Source: Puniceicoccales bacterium (GTDB taxonomy: Bacteria > Verrucomicrobiota > Verrucomicrobiia > Opitutales > JAIRKQ01). Taken from it: a stretch of 64,000 nucleotides of DNA. Each line of letters opens with the position of its first letter. Position 1 is the first letter of the stretch. Below, in pieces: positions 28,636 through 39,200 of the stretch. Both the position numbers and the translations under genes were made by a program. The notes under the pieces were generated by a model. That model was not told the DNA's origin, did not search any database, and was given only the letters and a program-made list of their open reading frames with translations. The stretch covers positions 3,510 through 67,509 of the forward strand of contig JAISBD010000009.1 of the NCBI GenBank assembly GCA_031266345.1, in the 5' to 3' direction.

Positions 28636-30057
28636 TCAAGGATGATTTTCTTTTTTATCTGCCAGGGAGGGGCCTTCGCCGCCGTATTTTTTCACCTGCC
28701 TCGCCGCGGCTGCCACGGGACAGCAGGCCAATCCACCGCCAACGCACCCCCCTTGGCAGGACATCACCTCCAATAGGGTGCCATCTTCGCATTCCCCTGC
28801 CTTGGCGAAGCGTTTTAAATCTTTCACCGCATCCCGGTCTATTCCGTTGATCGCCGCAAAGCGCACCTCCTCTCCACCGCTGCCCAATGCGCTTCGAACC
28901 GCTCGGGAGACCCCGCCATTCAGCGAAAATTCCCGCGCTTCCTTCGCCGAGTTGTATTCAAATTTTTCCCCATCGCACTCGCTCGGACTGATGGCAAGCG
29001 CTTCAAACAGCGCATCGACTTCTTCAAAATTCAACGCATAGTCGACCTTTTCATCGGCGAACACTTCCCCATATTTAGCCAAACAGGGACTGATAAAAAC
29101 TAAAACCCCGTCGCCATGCTCCTTTAAAACATGCTCCGCGGTGTAGAAGAGTGGCGTACCGGCGGTGGAAAGGAATGGCTTCATTTCGCCGATGTGTTTT
29201 TCCACGAGGGCGTTATAGGCGGCACAGCAGGACGTGGTCATAAATTTTTCCCCTCTTTTGAGGCGTTCTTCCAAATCCGCAGCTTCATGGAGCGACGTCG
29301 CTTCCGCGCCCATGGCAACTTCGTATGCTAAGGCGAAACCGATTTTTTTCATGGCGGTGTGCAATTGTTCAGCGGTGCAGCGGAATTGGCCCAGCATCGC
29401 CGGGGCTATCAGGGCGATGACTTTTTTTCCAGCCTTGATGGCACTGAGAACGTCGATGATCTGGCTTCTAACCTGAATGGCTTCAAAGGGACATGCCGCT
29501 ATGCATTTTCCGCAGTGTATGCACCTGTCAAAATCGATCACGGCACGCCCCTGCTCATTTTTGCCAATGGCAGCGACGGGGCAGACATGTTCGCAGGGGA
29601 CGATGGTCTCCAAGATTGCTCCGTATGGGCAGGCCCGCGAGCAAGCGGTGCACCGCTTGCAGCGTTCCCGATCGATCACTGTTTTCCCGCCGCCGCTGTG
29701 AATCGCATCGAAGTGGCAAGCAGCTATGCACGGTTTCACGGCGCAATTTTGACACAAATCCGTAACGTGGGTGTGGCTGGGTTCGCAGCCGCTGCATGCG
29801 CAATTGAGCACCGTCAATGGCGGCAAGTTTGGTTTTTCGCGTTCCAATGCTTGCCTGGCGGCCTCGGCGAGCGACATTTCTCCGCCGCTTTCCTCCAAGG
29901 ATAATCCCAGCGCACTCATCAGTAAAGCCCGGTAAGCGGAGATGTCCCTCTGGTCCGGGGTAATTTTGCCGGGGATGCGCTGCACATCCTCCACAAAATG
30001 CTCGCCGCGAAATGCGCGGATGAGATTGACTAATATTTCTTTCTTTTGCGGAGTCAT
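28636..30057 (-). CDS. [FeFe]-hydrogenase family protein with N-terminal multi-[4Fe-4S] ferredoxin-like region
   Basis: H-cluster-type motifs are TTSCCAAY (P1-like, aa 275-279), SPCLAKYGE (P2-like) and EVMSCQGGCVGGG (P3-like). Two CxxCxxCxxxCP motifs (CKRCTACSRACP, CIHCGKCIAACP) and extra Cys clusters are also present. Confidence 0.75.
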   Translation of the reverse strand: MTPQKKEILVNLIRAFRGEHFVEDVQRIPGKITPDQRDISAYRALLMSALGLSLEESGGEMSLAEAARQALEREKPNLPPLTVLNCACSGCEPSHTHVTDLCQNCAVKPCIAACHFDAIHSGGGKTVIDRERCKRCTACSRACPYGAILETIVPCEHVCPVAAIGKNEQGRAVIDFDRCIHCGKCIAACPFEAIQVRSQIIDVLSAIKAGKKVIALIAPAMLGQFRCTAEQLHTAMKKIGFALAYEVAMGAEATSLHEAADLEERLKRGEKFMTTSCCAAYNALVEKHIGEMKPFLSTAGTPLFYTAEHVLKEHGDGVLVFISPCLAKYGEVFADEKVDYALNFEEVDALFEALAISPSECDGEKFEYNSAKEAREFSLNGGVSRAVRSALGSGGEEVRFAAINGIDRDAVKDLKRFAKAGECEDGTLLEVMSCQGGCVGGGLACCPVAAAARQVKKYGGEGPSLADKKENHP

Positions 30058-30209
30058 GACCCTACCTATCTTCCCAACATTATAATTATGCGGAAAAAAT
30101 CAAAAATTTAAACAATTTTCGCAAAATTTTTGCCATGATTCTCCGCCCACCGCCAAACGTGCACAATTGTTCTTTATTTTTCCCCATCTGTCACTTTATA
30201 AGATGAGCA

Positions 30210-31550
30210 ATGGTCGCGTCTTTGCTGAGGAACATAAACGAGCTCGTTTGGGGAGTGCCGCTCATATTGCTGCTCATGGGGACGAGCCTATATTTTTCGT
30301 GGAAGCTGAAATTTTTGCAGGTGACCCACCTGGGACTGGCCTGGAAATATCTTCTACGTGCCCAAGATAATTCCGCCTCCGGTGATGTTTCCCCCTTCGG
30401 GTCCATCTGCACCGCCCTATCGGCAACTTTAGGAGTTGGGAACATAATTGGGGTGGCCCTTGCCATTTCGATGGGCGGGCCCGGAGCTCTATTTTGGATG
30501 TGGGTAGCGACATTTTTCGGAATGGCAGTTAAATACGCCGAGGGGGTTCTATCCATCCGCTACCGCCAGACGGGAAGCGATGGAAAGATATGCGGCGGCC
30601 CCATGTATTACATCGAATTTGGTTTGAAAAGCAAGTGGCTCGCCCGATTCTTCGCATTTTTCGGCATTGGCGTTGCGCTCGTCGGGATCGGCACCTGGAC
30701 CCAGACGAACTCGATTGCCGTGGCGATGGCCAAATCCTTTGCCATACCCATCTCCGCAACGGCAGCCATAGCTGGCTGTTTGGTCGCCATCATCACCATT
30801 GGCGGGATTCGCCGCATTGCTTCCGTTTCAGAAAAAGTGGTGCCACTGATGACCATATTTTACATTGGGGCGGCCATCCTGGTTTTGATTTTCAAGGCTC
30901 CCGCACTCCCGCGGGCCTTCGCTTCAATTTTCATGGGAGCTTTTTCACCCCAAGCCGTCCTCGGTGGCAGCACCGGTGTGAGTGTCATGGCGGTGATGCA
31001 GAGAGGGATTAGCCGGGGAATTTTCGCCCATGAGTCCGGACTAGGCAGTGCGGCCATCGCTTCCGCGGCGGCGAGAACAAACTCACCCTCTCAACAGGGA
31101 TTGGTGGCTATGGTGGGAGCCTTCCTTTCCATCATCGTCTGCACGATGACCGCCCTAGTCCTGCTCGTAACCCAACGGGAAACCGGCATTTTTAGCCGGA
31201 TGATGGACGAAACTTTGCTAACTTCGCAGGCCTTTGGAATTGGGCTTGGGGTTCCCGCATTGGGGGAATATGTGGTAAATTTGGGCATAATTTTTTTTGC
31301 CTTTACGACGGTCCTTGGCTGGAATTATTATGGGGAAAAATGTGTCCAATATTTATTTGGGACTCGGGCGATACTTGCCTACAAAATATTATTTTTATTT
31401 TTCGTCGTCATTGGGCCATTTTGGAAATTAGACCTAATTTTCACCGTTGCTGACATCGCCACGGGCCTGATGGCCATCCCAAACTTGATCGGCCTAATCG
31501 GCTTGCGCAAAGTCATATTCCAAGAAACCCACCTCTTTCAACGTGGATAG
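30210..31550 (+). CDS. alanine/glycine:cation symporter (AGCS family)
   Basis: LNELVWGVPLILLLMGTSLYFS and MGGPGALFWMWVATFFGMAVKYAEGVLSIRYR are typical AGCS motifs. The protein has multiple TM segments and is 446 aa. Confidence 0.9.
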   Translation: MVASLLRNINELVWGVPLILLLMGTSLYFSWKLKFLQVTHLGLAWKYLLRAQDNSASGDVSPFGSICTALSATLGVGNIIGVALAISMGGPGALFWMWVATFFGMAVKYAEGVLSIRYRQTGSDGKICGGPMYYIEFGLKSKWLARFFAFFGIGVALVGIGTWTQTNSIAVAMAKSFAIPISATAAIAGCLVAIITIGGIRRIASVSEKVVPLMTIFYIGAAILVLIFKAPALPRAFASIFMGAFSPQAVLGGSTGVSVMAVMQRGISRGIFAHESGLGSAAIASAAARTNSPSQQGLVAMVGAFLSIIVCTMTALVLLVTQRETGIFSRMMDETLLTSQAFGIGLGVPALGEYVVNLGIIFFAFTTVLGWNYYGEKCVQYLFGTRAILAYKILFLFFVVIGPFWKLDLIFTVADIATGLMAIPNLIGLIGLRKVIFQETHLFQRG

Positions 31551-31693
31551 CGCGGTGCCAATTTTTCGAAATTCCAGGTTCTGCGGCGCCGCTTGCAAAA
31601 TATTTCACCAAAAAAATTAGGTAATCAGGCTAAATTTTTCTTGCAAAATGGCTATGAAATCTTAGAGAAAGAAAATGTTTTCGTTCCTTGAAA

Positions 31694-32070
31694 GGGGGTG
31701 ACATGGCTTCGACCATTAACCGTAGGAGCATATGGCATGTCGAAGATGACGGTTGGCTTCGTTAAAATCCGTTAAAATCATAAATGACAAAAACATTATG
31801 AAACTGAACTTCAGAAATGAAGTTGCACTCGCTGCTTAGCATTAATGCAGTGACATTCGTCGCAGGATGCTTGGTAATGCGAACGGGTGTGATTAACCAA
31901 GCAGGCGCCATGGGGGTGTGCAGTGGGCATGGCGTTCTACAAACGCTGCACTAAGCAAATTTCAGCATGCTGACTTGCGGAAATTGCCGACAATTAGAAA
32001 TCAGCTAAACATGTAGAAGTATTCCCTGAAAGCTAGTGGGACGCGGGTTCGATCCCCGCCACCTCCACCA
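31694..32070 (+). ncRNA. ssrA: tmRNA (SsrA)
   Basis: The 5' GGGGGUG pairs with the 3' CACCUCC-ACCA to form a 7-bp acceptor stem that includes a G3:U wobble. A T-arm GGGUUCGAUCCCC is present. An internal tag frame ends ...N-E-V-A-L-A-A-stop (TAG at 31837-31839). Confidence 0.92.
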
Positions 32071-32677
32071 AGGAAAATTCCTCACTTGAAAATTATTGAG
32101 TTTTTTTAGGAAAAGGCGCTGGTTTGGGCGCTGGTTTTTTTTAGGAAAAACTTTGGGAGAATCAAAAAAAAGAAGAACTTGGGAAGTAAGGGGGACGCAA
32201 AGGGAAAGCGGGTTGATAGGGCTTAAAACAAACGGGAAAGTTTACAGCCTTTCGGCAAGGTTTCTTCCCCGACCTCGGAATTTCACACTTGGCGAGATGG
32301 AAAAGTTTTTTTGGTAAATTGAAAAATTGGCGCCGCATTGCCGCGCTATGCCAAATGTGCCCCGCTCCCCTTTTTTTGCAACCCTCCCCAATGCGGACGT
32401 ACCCCTTCAAAGGTTGTGCGAAATTTTTCTAATTTTACGCTTGGTAATTTTGCGAAACCCACCTTTCACGGCTGTGTAATTCGGTGAAATTTGACATATT
32501 TTCCCTTAAAAAGCATGGTAAATTTTGCCATCCTTTCATATTTTTTCAATTCTTTTTTACTTTTGCAGAAAATTCAATGGACGATACCTGTTTTTAACCC
32601 GAAAAAATGTTAAAAATAATCATTGACAGGCAATGTTGTCTAAGTTAATTAAACCCTAATTTTAACCAAGGAATTAT

Positions 32678-33088
32678 ATGAATAGTTTACAAAATGAGCA
32701 ATCCCAGGATATGGCAGTTAATTTTCCCAAACCGCAATTTTTGGCCATGGGGGACAATCCGCCGGTTGACCATCTCGATGGGATAATGCTCCAAGCACGC
32801 CTGAGCAATGGGCAAAATGCAGCCGTAAGTTTGAGGGCGCTATTGCGTTCCTGCACGGAAAAAATTGTGGATAAAATGCTAGAGGAGAGAGAGGTTAGTC
32901 AGGTTGTGGAAGAAGCAAAGAGCGGAAACCGCCCACTGGCAAACATGGCCGCAGATGCAAAAGAGCAGCTACTCAACTCGGCTCCAATCATAGGAAGGGC
33001 TAACTCGGTTGATCCGGTCGATCTTTATAAAGTATTCCTGGCAATGCCGGACGTCGCCGGAAAAGTTACCGAGGGAATGTATTCCTAG
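32678..33088 (+). CDS. hypothetical protein (136 aa)
   Basis: ORF in the track, preceded by aaggaattat before the ATG (weak SD). No recognisable motif. It lies in the otherwise non-coding region after ssrA. Confidence 0.45.
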   Translation: MNSLQNEQSQDMAVNFPKPQFLAMGDNPPVDHLDGIMLQARLSNGQNAAVSLRALLRSCTEKIVDKMLEEREVSQVVEEAKSGNRPLANMAADAKEQLLNSAPIIGRANSVDPVDLYKVFLAMPDVAGKVTEGMYS

Positions 33089-33166
33089 TTGAATCCATAG
33101 CTTACAAATCTCCGAACATATTTTTACCCTTTTGCCAAAAGGTAGCAAAAATTTAGGAAGCGATAG

Positions 33167-33196
33167 GAGTCGCCCGCCCCTCGGGGCGGGCGACTC
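33167..33196 (+). terminator. GC-rich perfect hairpin (13-bp stem, 4-nt loop) downstream of the 136-aa ORF; no U-tract
   Basis: gagtcgcccgccc-ctcg-gggcgggcgactc. It lies about 80 nt after the stop at 33088 and about 300 nt before the efflux operon. Confidence 0.45.
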
Positions 33197-33497
33197 ATGA
33201 ATCGGGAGAAGTGACGGTGGATGGCGCAGATACGCCTTGGAAACTTTACCCATATCTTTGTTTGTGAAGCATTTCGCCATAGAAAAATTGAATTCTTTTC
33301 CATTACCCTCTGAGGCGATTCATTCTTCCCACACTGCAAGGAGACATCGCATGCCGTGTCTCACCCATTGGCATTTCCATGAGCCAACTTGCAACCCAAC
33401 CTTTATCTTCCAGCGGGTACTTGGGCGTAAATTATTGTGTTTCATTTTTCTTGAAAAATGCTGAAGGGGACGATATAGAGGCCCAGTTGGTCGAGTT

Positions 33498-35045
33498 ATG
33501 AAATCCCTAGGGTTAAGTTTAGTGCTGCTATGTTTCGTAGCTTTGGGCGGTTGTGCAACGGGTAATCGCGGGGAAAGGGGCGAAATTTGTTCCGCAGATG
33601 GGAATCATTCACATGCGATTCATGGTAAGTCGCTTGAAAAAAATAAGTTTGGATTTGGCACGGAGGCTCTAATCGGGGTCGTCGATTTGGACCTGGCCAT
33701 GCTCGTCGACATTGCCCTTGAAAACAATCCCGCAACGAAGCGTAGTTGGCATTTGGCCCGCCTGGCGAGAGCACAGGTTGGACAGGCAAATAGCACTTTT
33801 TTTCCAACGGTCACCTTGGGAGGCCAGATAGCACGCAGCGAAAGCAATGCCGCTTCGAGTGGGGCCGCAAGGCAGGAAACGCTCGCCACTACCTTCCATC
33901 CGAGCCTGGAAATTCACTATTCTTTGTTTCAATTTGGAGCGGGCAAAGCCGTTGCTGAGGCAGCGAAGCAAGCCCTGTGCGCAGCCAATTGCCAATACGA
34001 TAGGACGATTCAAGGTGTCATCCACGGTGTGCAAAGGGCATATTTCGCCCTGTGCTCCGCGGAGTCGACGGTGGCTTCAAATGAGCACAATTTAAACGAT
34101 GCGGCAGCGGCCTACGAAGCTGCATTTATGAGGCATCAATCCGGGTTGGTAAGTATACAGGAGTACCTGCAAGCAAAGGCAAATAAATCCCAAGCCGAGT
34201 TCGAATTGGAGCAATCGTGTGCCGGGGTGGAAACGGCGCGTGCCGCCCTGGCAAAGGCCGTGGGGATAAAAGTGTCAAGAGCCATCCGCGTCCTACCACC
34301 GGCCATAGCGACAAACGCAGCGGATATGGACCGAGCCATGGACGGAATTATGGGAAATATTGCGCGGAAGTGCCCGGGTGCGGCGGCGGCTTATGCGAAC
34401 GTGTCGGCTACCCTGCGCATCTCCAACCCCGCGGAAGTGGCGGATATGGACCGGGCCATCGATGACTTCCTGGGGAAGATCGTTTGCCTGCGTCCGGACG
34501 TTGCAGCGGCGGGGGCAAACGTGCGCGCAAGGGAGCACCTATCCCGCAGTACGCGGGCAAAGATGCTGCCCGAATTTATCATTGGCGGGAGTGGCAATGT
34601 GAAAAAATACTCCCATAGAAGTGATTCTTTCAATAACTTTAACCTGTTCGCCGGCATCACTTGGAAGATTTTTGATGGCCTCAAAAATTTCTATGACATA
34701 GCGGAAGTGAGGGAAAATTTAGAAATCGCGAGGCAGGAATTGCGCGCTGCAAAATTGTCCGCACAAACGGAAATTTGGACAAATTATTTCGCTTTCAAGT
34801 CGGCGAATAAGCAATTGCAAGCGGCGCGAATACTCGAGCAGTCCGCCGGTGAGGCCTTTGAAGCTACGGGAATAGCTTTCGCGAATGGGCTGTGCAAGTT
34901 TACCGACCTGGTATCGGCGCAAACTTGCCTGGCTAATGCCCGCAGGCAGCGCGTAGTGTCAGAAAATAATTTACTCACAAGCTTGGCTGACTTGGCCTAT
35001 TCCGTCGGCGGCGTGGCAGATTTCGATTTAACCAAAAACAGATGA
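33498..35045 (+). CDS. outer-membrane efflux lipoprotein (TolC/NodT family)
   Basis: Lipoprotein signal with lipobox LGGC. Has the two-fold OMF pattern (ALENNP..., RPDVAAAGANV...). First gene of the MFP-RND operon. Confidence 0.85.
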   Translation: MKSLGLSLVLLCFVALGGCATGNRGERGEICSADGNHSHAIHGKSLEKNKFGFGTEALIGVVDLDLAMLVDIALENNPATKRSWHLARLARAQVGQANSTFFPTVTLGGQIARSESNAASSGAARQETLATTFHPSLEIHYSLFQFGAGKAVAEAAKQALCAANCQYDRTIQGVIHGVQRAYFALCSAESTVASNEHNLNDAAAAYEAAFMRHQSGLVSIQEYLQAKANKSQAEFELEQSCAGVETARAALAKAVGIKVSRAIRVLPPAIATNAADMDRAMDGIMGNIARKCPGAAAAYANVSATLRISNPAEVADMDRAIDDFLGKIVCLRPDVAAAGANVRAREHLSRSTRAKMLPEFIIGGSGNVKKYSHRSDSFNNFNLFAGITWKIFDGLKNFYDIAEVRENLEIARQELRAAKLSAQTEIWTNYFAFKSANKQLQAARILEQSAGEAFEATGIAFANGLCKFTDLVSAQTCLANARRQRVVSENNLLTSLADLAYSVGGVADFDLTKNR

Positions 35046-35054
35046 GAAGCTAAC

Positions 35055-36233
35055 ATGTGTAAAAATTTTTTCAAATGCATAGTACTATTCTCCGCGGTGC
35101 TCCTGGCGGGATGCGAGAAAAAAGCCGCCCCAGTGCAGCATCCCCCCATACCCATCGTCTCGGCAAAGGCCATTTTGCGGGATGTGCGGGAATACGTGGA
35201 TGCCGTGGGGGCCTGCCGTGCCTATGAGTCCGTCGACGTGGTGTCAAAAGTCCCCGGAACCCTGCTCACCGCTCACTTCAAGCAGGGCGACACGGTGCGC
35301 AAGGGTGCCCTATTATATAGCGTGGATGCGAGAACATATGAGGCGGCATTGAACCAGGCGAAAGCGGGACTGACACAGGCGGAAACGCAGCTAAAATTGG
35401 ATGCGCTTAAGCTGGAACGCACCCGTTCCCTGCTTGTGCAAAATTTTATTTCTCAGCAGGAATACGATACCTGCGAAGCTAAGGCTCTGCAGGACCAAGC
35501 GGCCGTTGAGGCTGCCGAAGCGGCGCTGGAACAGGCAAAAATTAACCTGGCGGACTGCTCCATAGGGGCGCCCATCAGCGGACTGGCGGGAAAATATTTA
35601 GTCGACGTGGGGAACACACTGTCCCAGGCATCGCTGCCATCTTCGCCCCTCGTAAATATCCAAAACATTGATAAATTGTACGTCGATTTCGCCGTTTCTG
35701 AGAACGTTTTCCCCGAATTGCGCAGCGCTTTTGATGAGTCCGCTGACGGATTGGACGTGGAAGTGCGGCTCATAGCAAACGACGATATGTGCACAGTGGC
35801 TAAATTGAAATTTATCGAAAACACCGTAAATAAGCGGTCCGGCTCCATAAACTTGCGCGCCGTCTTCGACAATAAAGACCACAAGTTTTGGCCGGGCGAA
35901 GCGGTCTCCGCTAAGGTGCTCCTAAGAATAAGCAAAAATTCCATACTTGTCCCCTATGAAAGCGTAAGGCTCGGCCAAGCGGGGCGCTACCTATTTGTCG
36001 TAAACGGAGATGGGAGCGCCGACTTGCGCATAGTATCCATTGGGCAGCGCTACGATGATCTCATTGTGATAAAAAGCGGGGTATCGGAGGGGGAGGCCGT
36101 TGTGAAGGCCGGCCAACTGATGCTTTCCCCGGGGGCAAAAGTGGTGGAATTGGCAGACCAGCGTAAAAATACTTTCAAGGCTGACCTGAAGTTCGACCGC
36201 GATATGGCCGAAAAAAATCCAACAACCAAGTGA
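35055..36233 (+). CDS. RND efflux periplasmic adaptor (membrane fusion protein)
   Basis: Lipobox LAGC, a coiled-coil hairpin region (AALNQAKAGLTQAETQLKLDALKLER...), and an AcrA/HlyD-like layout. Confidence 0.88.
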   Translation: MCKNFFKCIVLFSAVLLAGCEKKAAPVQHPPIPIVSAKAILRDVREYVDAVGACRAYESVDVVSKVPGTLLTAHFKQGDTVRKGALLYSVDARTYEAALNQAKAGLTQAETQLKLDALKLERTRSLLVQNFISQQEYDTCEAKALQDQAAVEAAEAALEQAKINLADCSIGAPISGLAGKYLVDVGNTLSQASLPSSPLVNIQNIDKLYVDFAVSENVFPELRSAFDESADGLDVEVRLIANDDMCTVAKLKFIENTVNKRSGSINLRAVFDNKDHKFWPGEAVSAKVLLRISKNSILVPYESVRLGQAGRYLFVVNGDGSADLRIVSIGQRYDDLIVIKSGVSEGEAVVKAGQLMLSPGAKVVELADQRKNTFKADLKFDRDMAEKNPTTK

Positions 36234-36236
36234 ACC

Positions 36237-39200
36237 ATGGCTAGCATTTCGGAACCATTCATACGCCGGCCAGTATTTACAATGCTGCTGACACTGTCGG
36301 CCATAATAGGGGGCATATTTTGCTATGCGCGGCTGCCCGTCAGCGACCTCCCCAACATCGACTATCCCGTCATACAGGTCTCCGCCACCTATCCCGGCAT
36401 GGATCCGGAAATGATGGCGGCTAATGTCGCTTCCCCATTGGAAAAGGAATTCATGAAGATCCAGGGGTTGGACATGGTGACGTCGAGGAGCTTGCAGGGA
36501 TCCACCTCCCTTGTTCTACAATTTGACCTAAATAAAAACATCGATGGGGCGGCCATGGACGTGCAAGCCGCTATAACGCGGGCATCGGCCCAACTGCCGG
36601 TGGGCATGCCGGCGCCACCGATTTTCAATAAAACCGACCCGAATAGTAAACCCATCTACTACCTCGCCCTGACCAGTGACACGCTCACACGCGGCGAGTT
36701 GTACGACTACGCCATCGATGAAATCGCCCAATCCATAAGCATACTGGATGGTGTGTCGAACGTCAATGTCTACGGAATTCCAAGGGCAGTCACCATCGAA
36801 GTTAACTCAAAGAAGCTCTACAATAGGGGTCTCACGCTGGATGACATCACCGGGGCAATTCAGGGCGGTACGGTTTCGCTGGCAGCGGGCAGGTTCAAAG
36901 GGGAGAACACTTCCCTCACCATAAAGCCATCCGGCCAGCTGAAGAATGCCAGTGACTATCTCAATCTTGTCATCGCAAATCGGGATGGCACACCGGTTTA
37001 TCTGAAAGATGTCGCCTCCTGCATGGAAAAATTGGAACTGACCACCCTGAGCAATCGCCTGTGGACGAAGAGTTCGGGCAGGTCCTACAAATCCAATGTT
37101 GTCGTCGCCGTTACGCGTGCGGCCGGCGCTAATTCGGTGGAGCTGTCGAAGCGCATCGATGAACTCATCCCCAAACTTGAGCAGCACATGCCGGGCTCGA
37201 TCAAAATGATGAAGATGTATGACCGCTCCGAAGTGATCATAGAGTCCATAAACGACGTGAAAATGACCCTGCTCATCGCCTTCGCACTGGTCATTTTGGT
37301 AATTTTCCTATTTTTGGGACGGATTCGGGAAACGGTCATCCCCCTCGTGGCCATGCCCCTATCGCTCCTCATAACGTTCATCGCCATGCGCATATTCGGG
37401 TTCAATTTGGACAACCTGTCCCTCATGGCGCTGACCCTGTCCATCGGATTTTTGGTCGACGATGCCATCGTGTTCCTGGAGAACATGATACGGCGAATGG
37501 AAGATTTCGGAGAATCGCCCCTAACCGCTTCGCTGAACGGCGCGAAGGAGATAAGTTTTTCCATATTATCAATGACCCTATCGCTGGCAGCGGTATTTAT
37601 TCCACTAATATTCATGTCCGGACAGCTTGGCCGCGTATTTCGAGAGTTTTCCGTGACAATCATAGTGGCGATATTGGCATCGGGCCTCGTGTCCTTGACG
37701 CTTACCCCAATGATGTGTGCCCGCCTGTTGAAGCCAATTAAAAAGAACGAGCGCACTAAATTTGAAATCGCCTCGCAAAAGCTCGAGGGAAAATTCCTAA
37801 AATTTTACGGCCGCTCATTGGATTGGTTTCTGGAGCACAAATTCCTATCCATGGTCATCTGGGGATGCTGCCTCGCGGGGACATACTTTGCATTTTCGGC
37901 CCTGCCGAAAACATTTTTGCCCGTTGGTGACAGCGGGGTTGTCACCGGAATTTTCGTTACCCAGGAGGGGACGTCTTCCGATGCCATGCGTACGTCGCAG
38001 GAGCTCATAGAAAATGCGCTAACGAAAAATCCCTACGTGGACCAGTTCATGTCCGTCATCGGCGTTCCCCTATTCCTAACGGATAATCAGGGCTTCGTTT
38101 TAGCGTTCCTCACGAAGGGCAAGCGACCTAATATTCAGGATGTTGTGCGGATGAGTGCGGGAGACCTGCATATGATTCCCGGGGTATTTACGGCGGTGCG
38201 CCCCGCTCCCAGCTTGGAAATTGGCAGCGGCACGGTGGGGTCGATGCAGGGGAAATACGCCTATATCCTCTCGAGCATGGACACGGAAATTCTCTACAAA
38301 ACCGCGGGTGAACTGGCAAAAATTTTGAGCAGTAACCCGGGATTTGCACGCGTTTCGACGGATATTTATGTGAATTCGCCCCAAGCATCGGTGGAATACT
38401 TACGCAGCCAGGCCTACGGCTACGGCGTTTCGCCCTATGCCATGGAAAATACATTTAAGCAGGCTTTTTCCGAAAATTTTTGCTACCAAATAAAGGACGG
38501 AACGCACCAGTATAAGGTCATAGTATCGCTTGCCAGTGGGGACAGGCAGAGGGTCGAAGATTTTAATGGCCTGTATTTTCGCGGCGCAATGGGCGAGCTC
38601 GTGCCATTCCCCTCCGTTGCGACCTATAGGGAAACTTTGGGGCCGCTATCCATCAATCACACGAATAATTTCCCTTCGGCAACCATATTTTTCGACTTGA
38701 AAGACGACTATCCCGTGGGTGAGGCGACAAAATTTTTAGAGCAGGCGGCGAAGAAAATGCTTCCATCAAACATCATGGCGAGTTTGGAGGGTGAGGCTAA
38801 GACATTTCAGGAATCCGTGCACAGCCTGGTCACGCTACTATTTGTGGCGGTGTTTGTCATGTACGTAATTTTGGGAATAATGTACGAAAGTTACATACAT
38901 CCGATAACGGTGCTATCTGCCCTACCCGTGGCGGTGGTGGGTGGCCTTCTGACGCTGCTCCTATTCCGCATGGAGCTATCTTTGTACGGGTACATCGGGC
39001 TATTCATGCTCATCGGCATTGTGAAAAAAAATGGCATCCTGGTGATCGACTTCGCCATAGCGCGGCAAAGGGAAGGCATGGACACCGTGAAGGCCATACG
39101 CACCGCTTGCATGGAGCGCTTTCGCCCCATAATCATGACCACGCTAGCGGCGCTCATGGGGCAACTTCCCATTGCGGTTGGCATCGGTGCGGACGGTGCT

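Noticed and set aside
32071-33497. Integrated prophage or genomic island at the tmRNA gene.
   Set aside because: No integrase or recombinase gene is present, and I could not find a direct repeat of the ssrA 3' end. Only a weak remnant hypothesis is retained as a low-interest finding.
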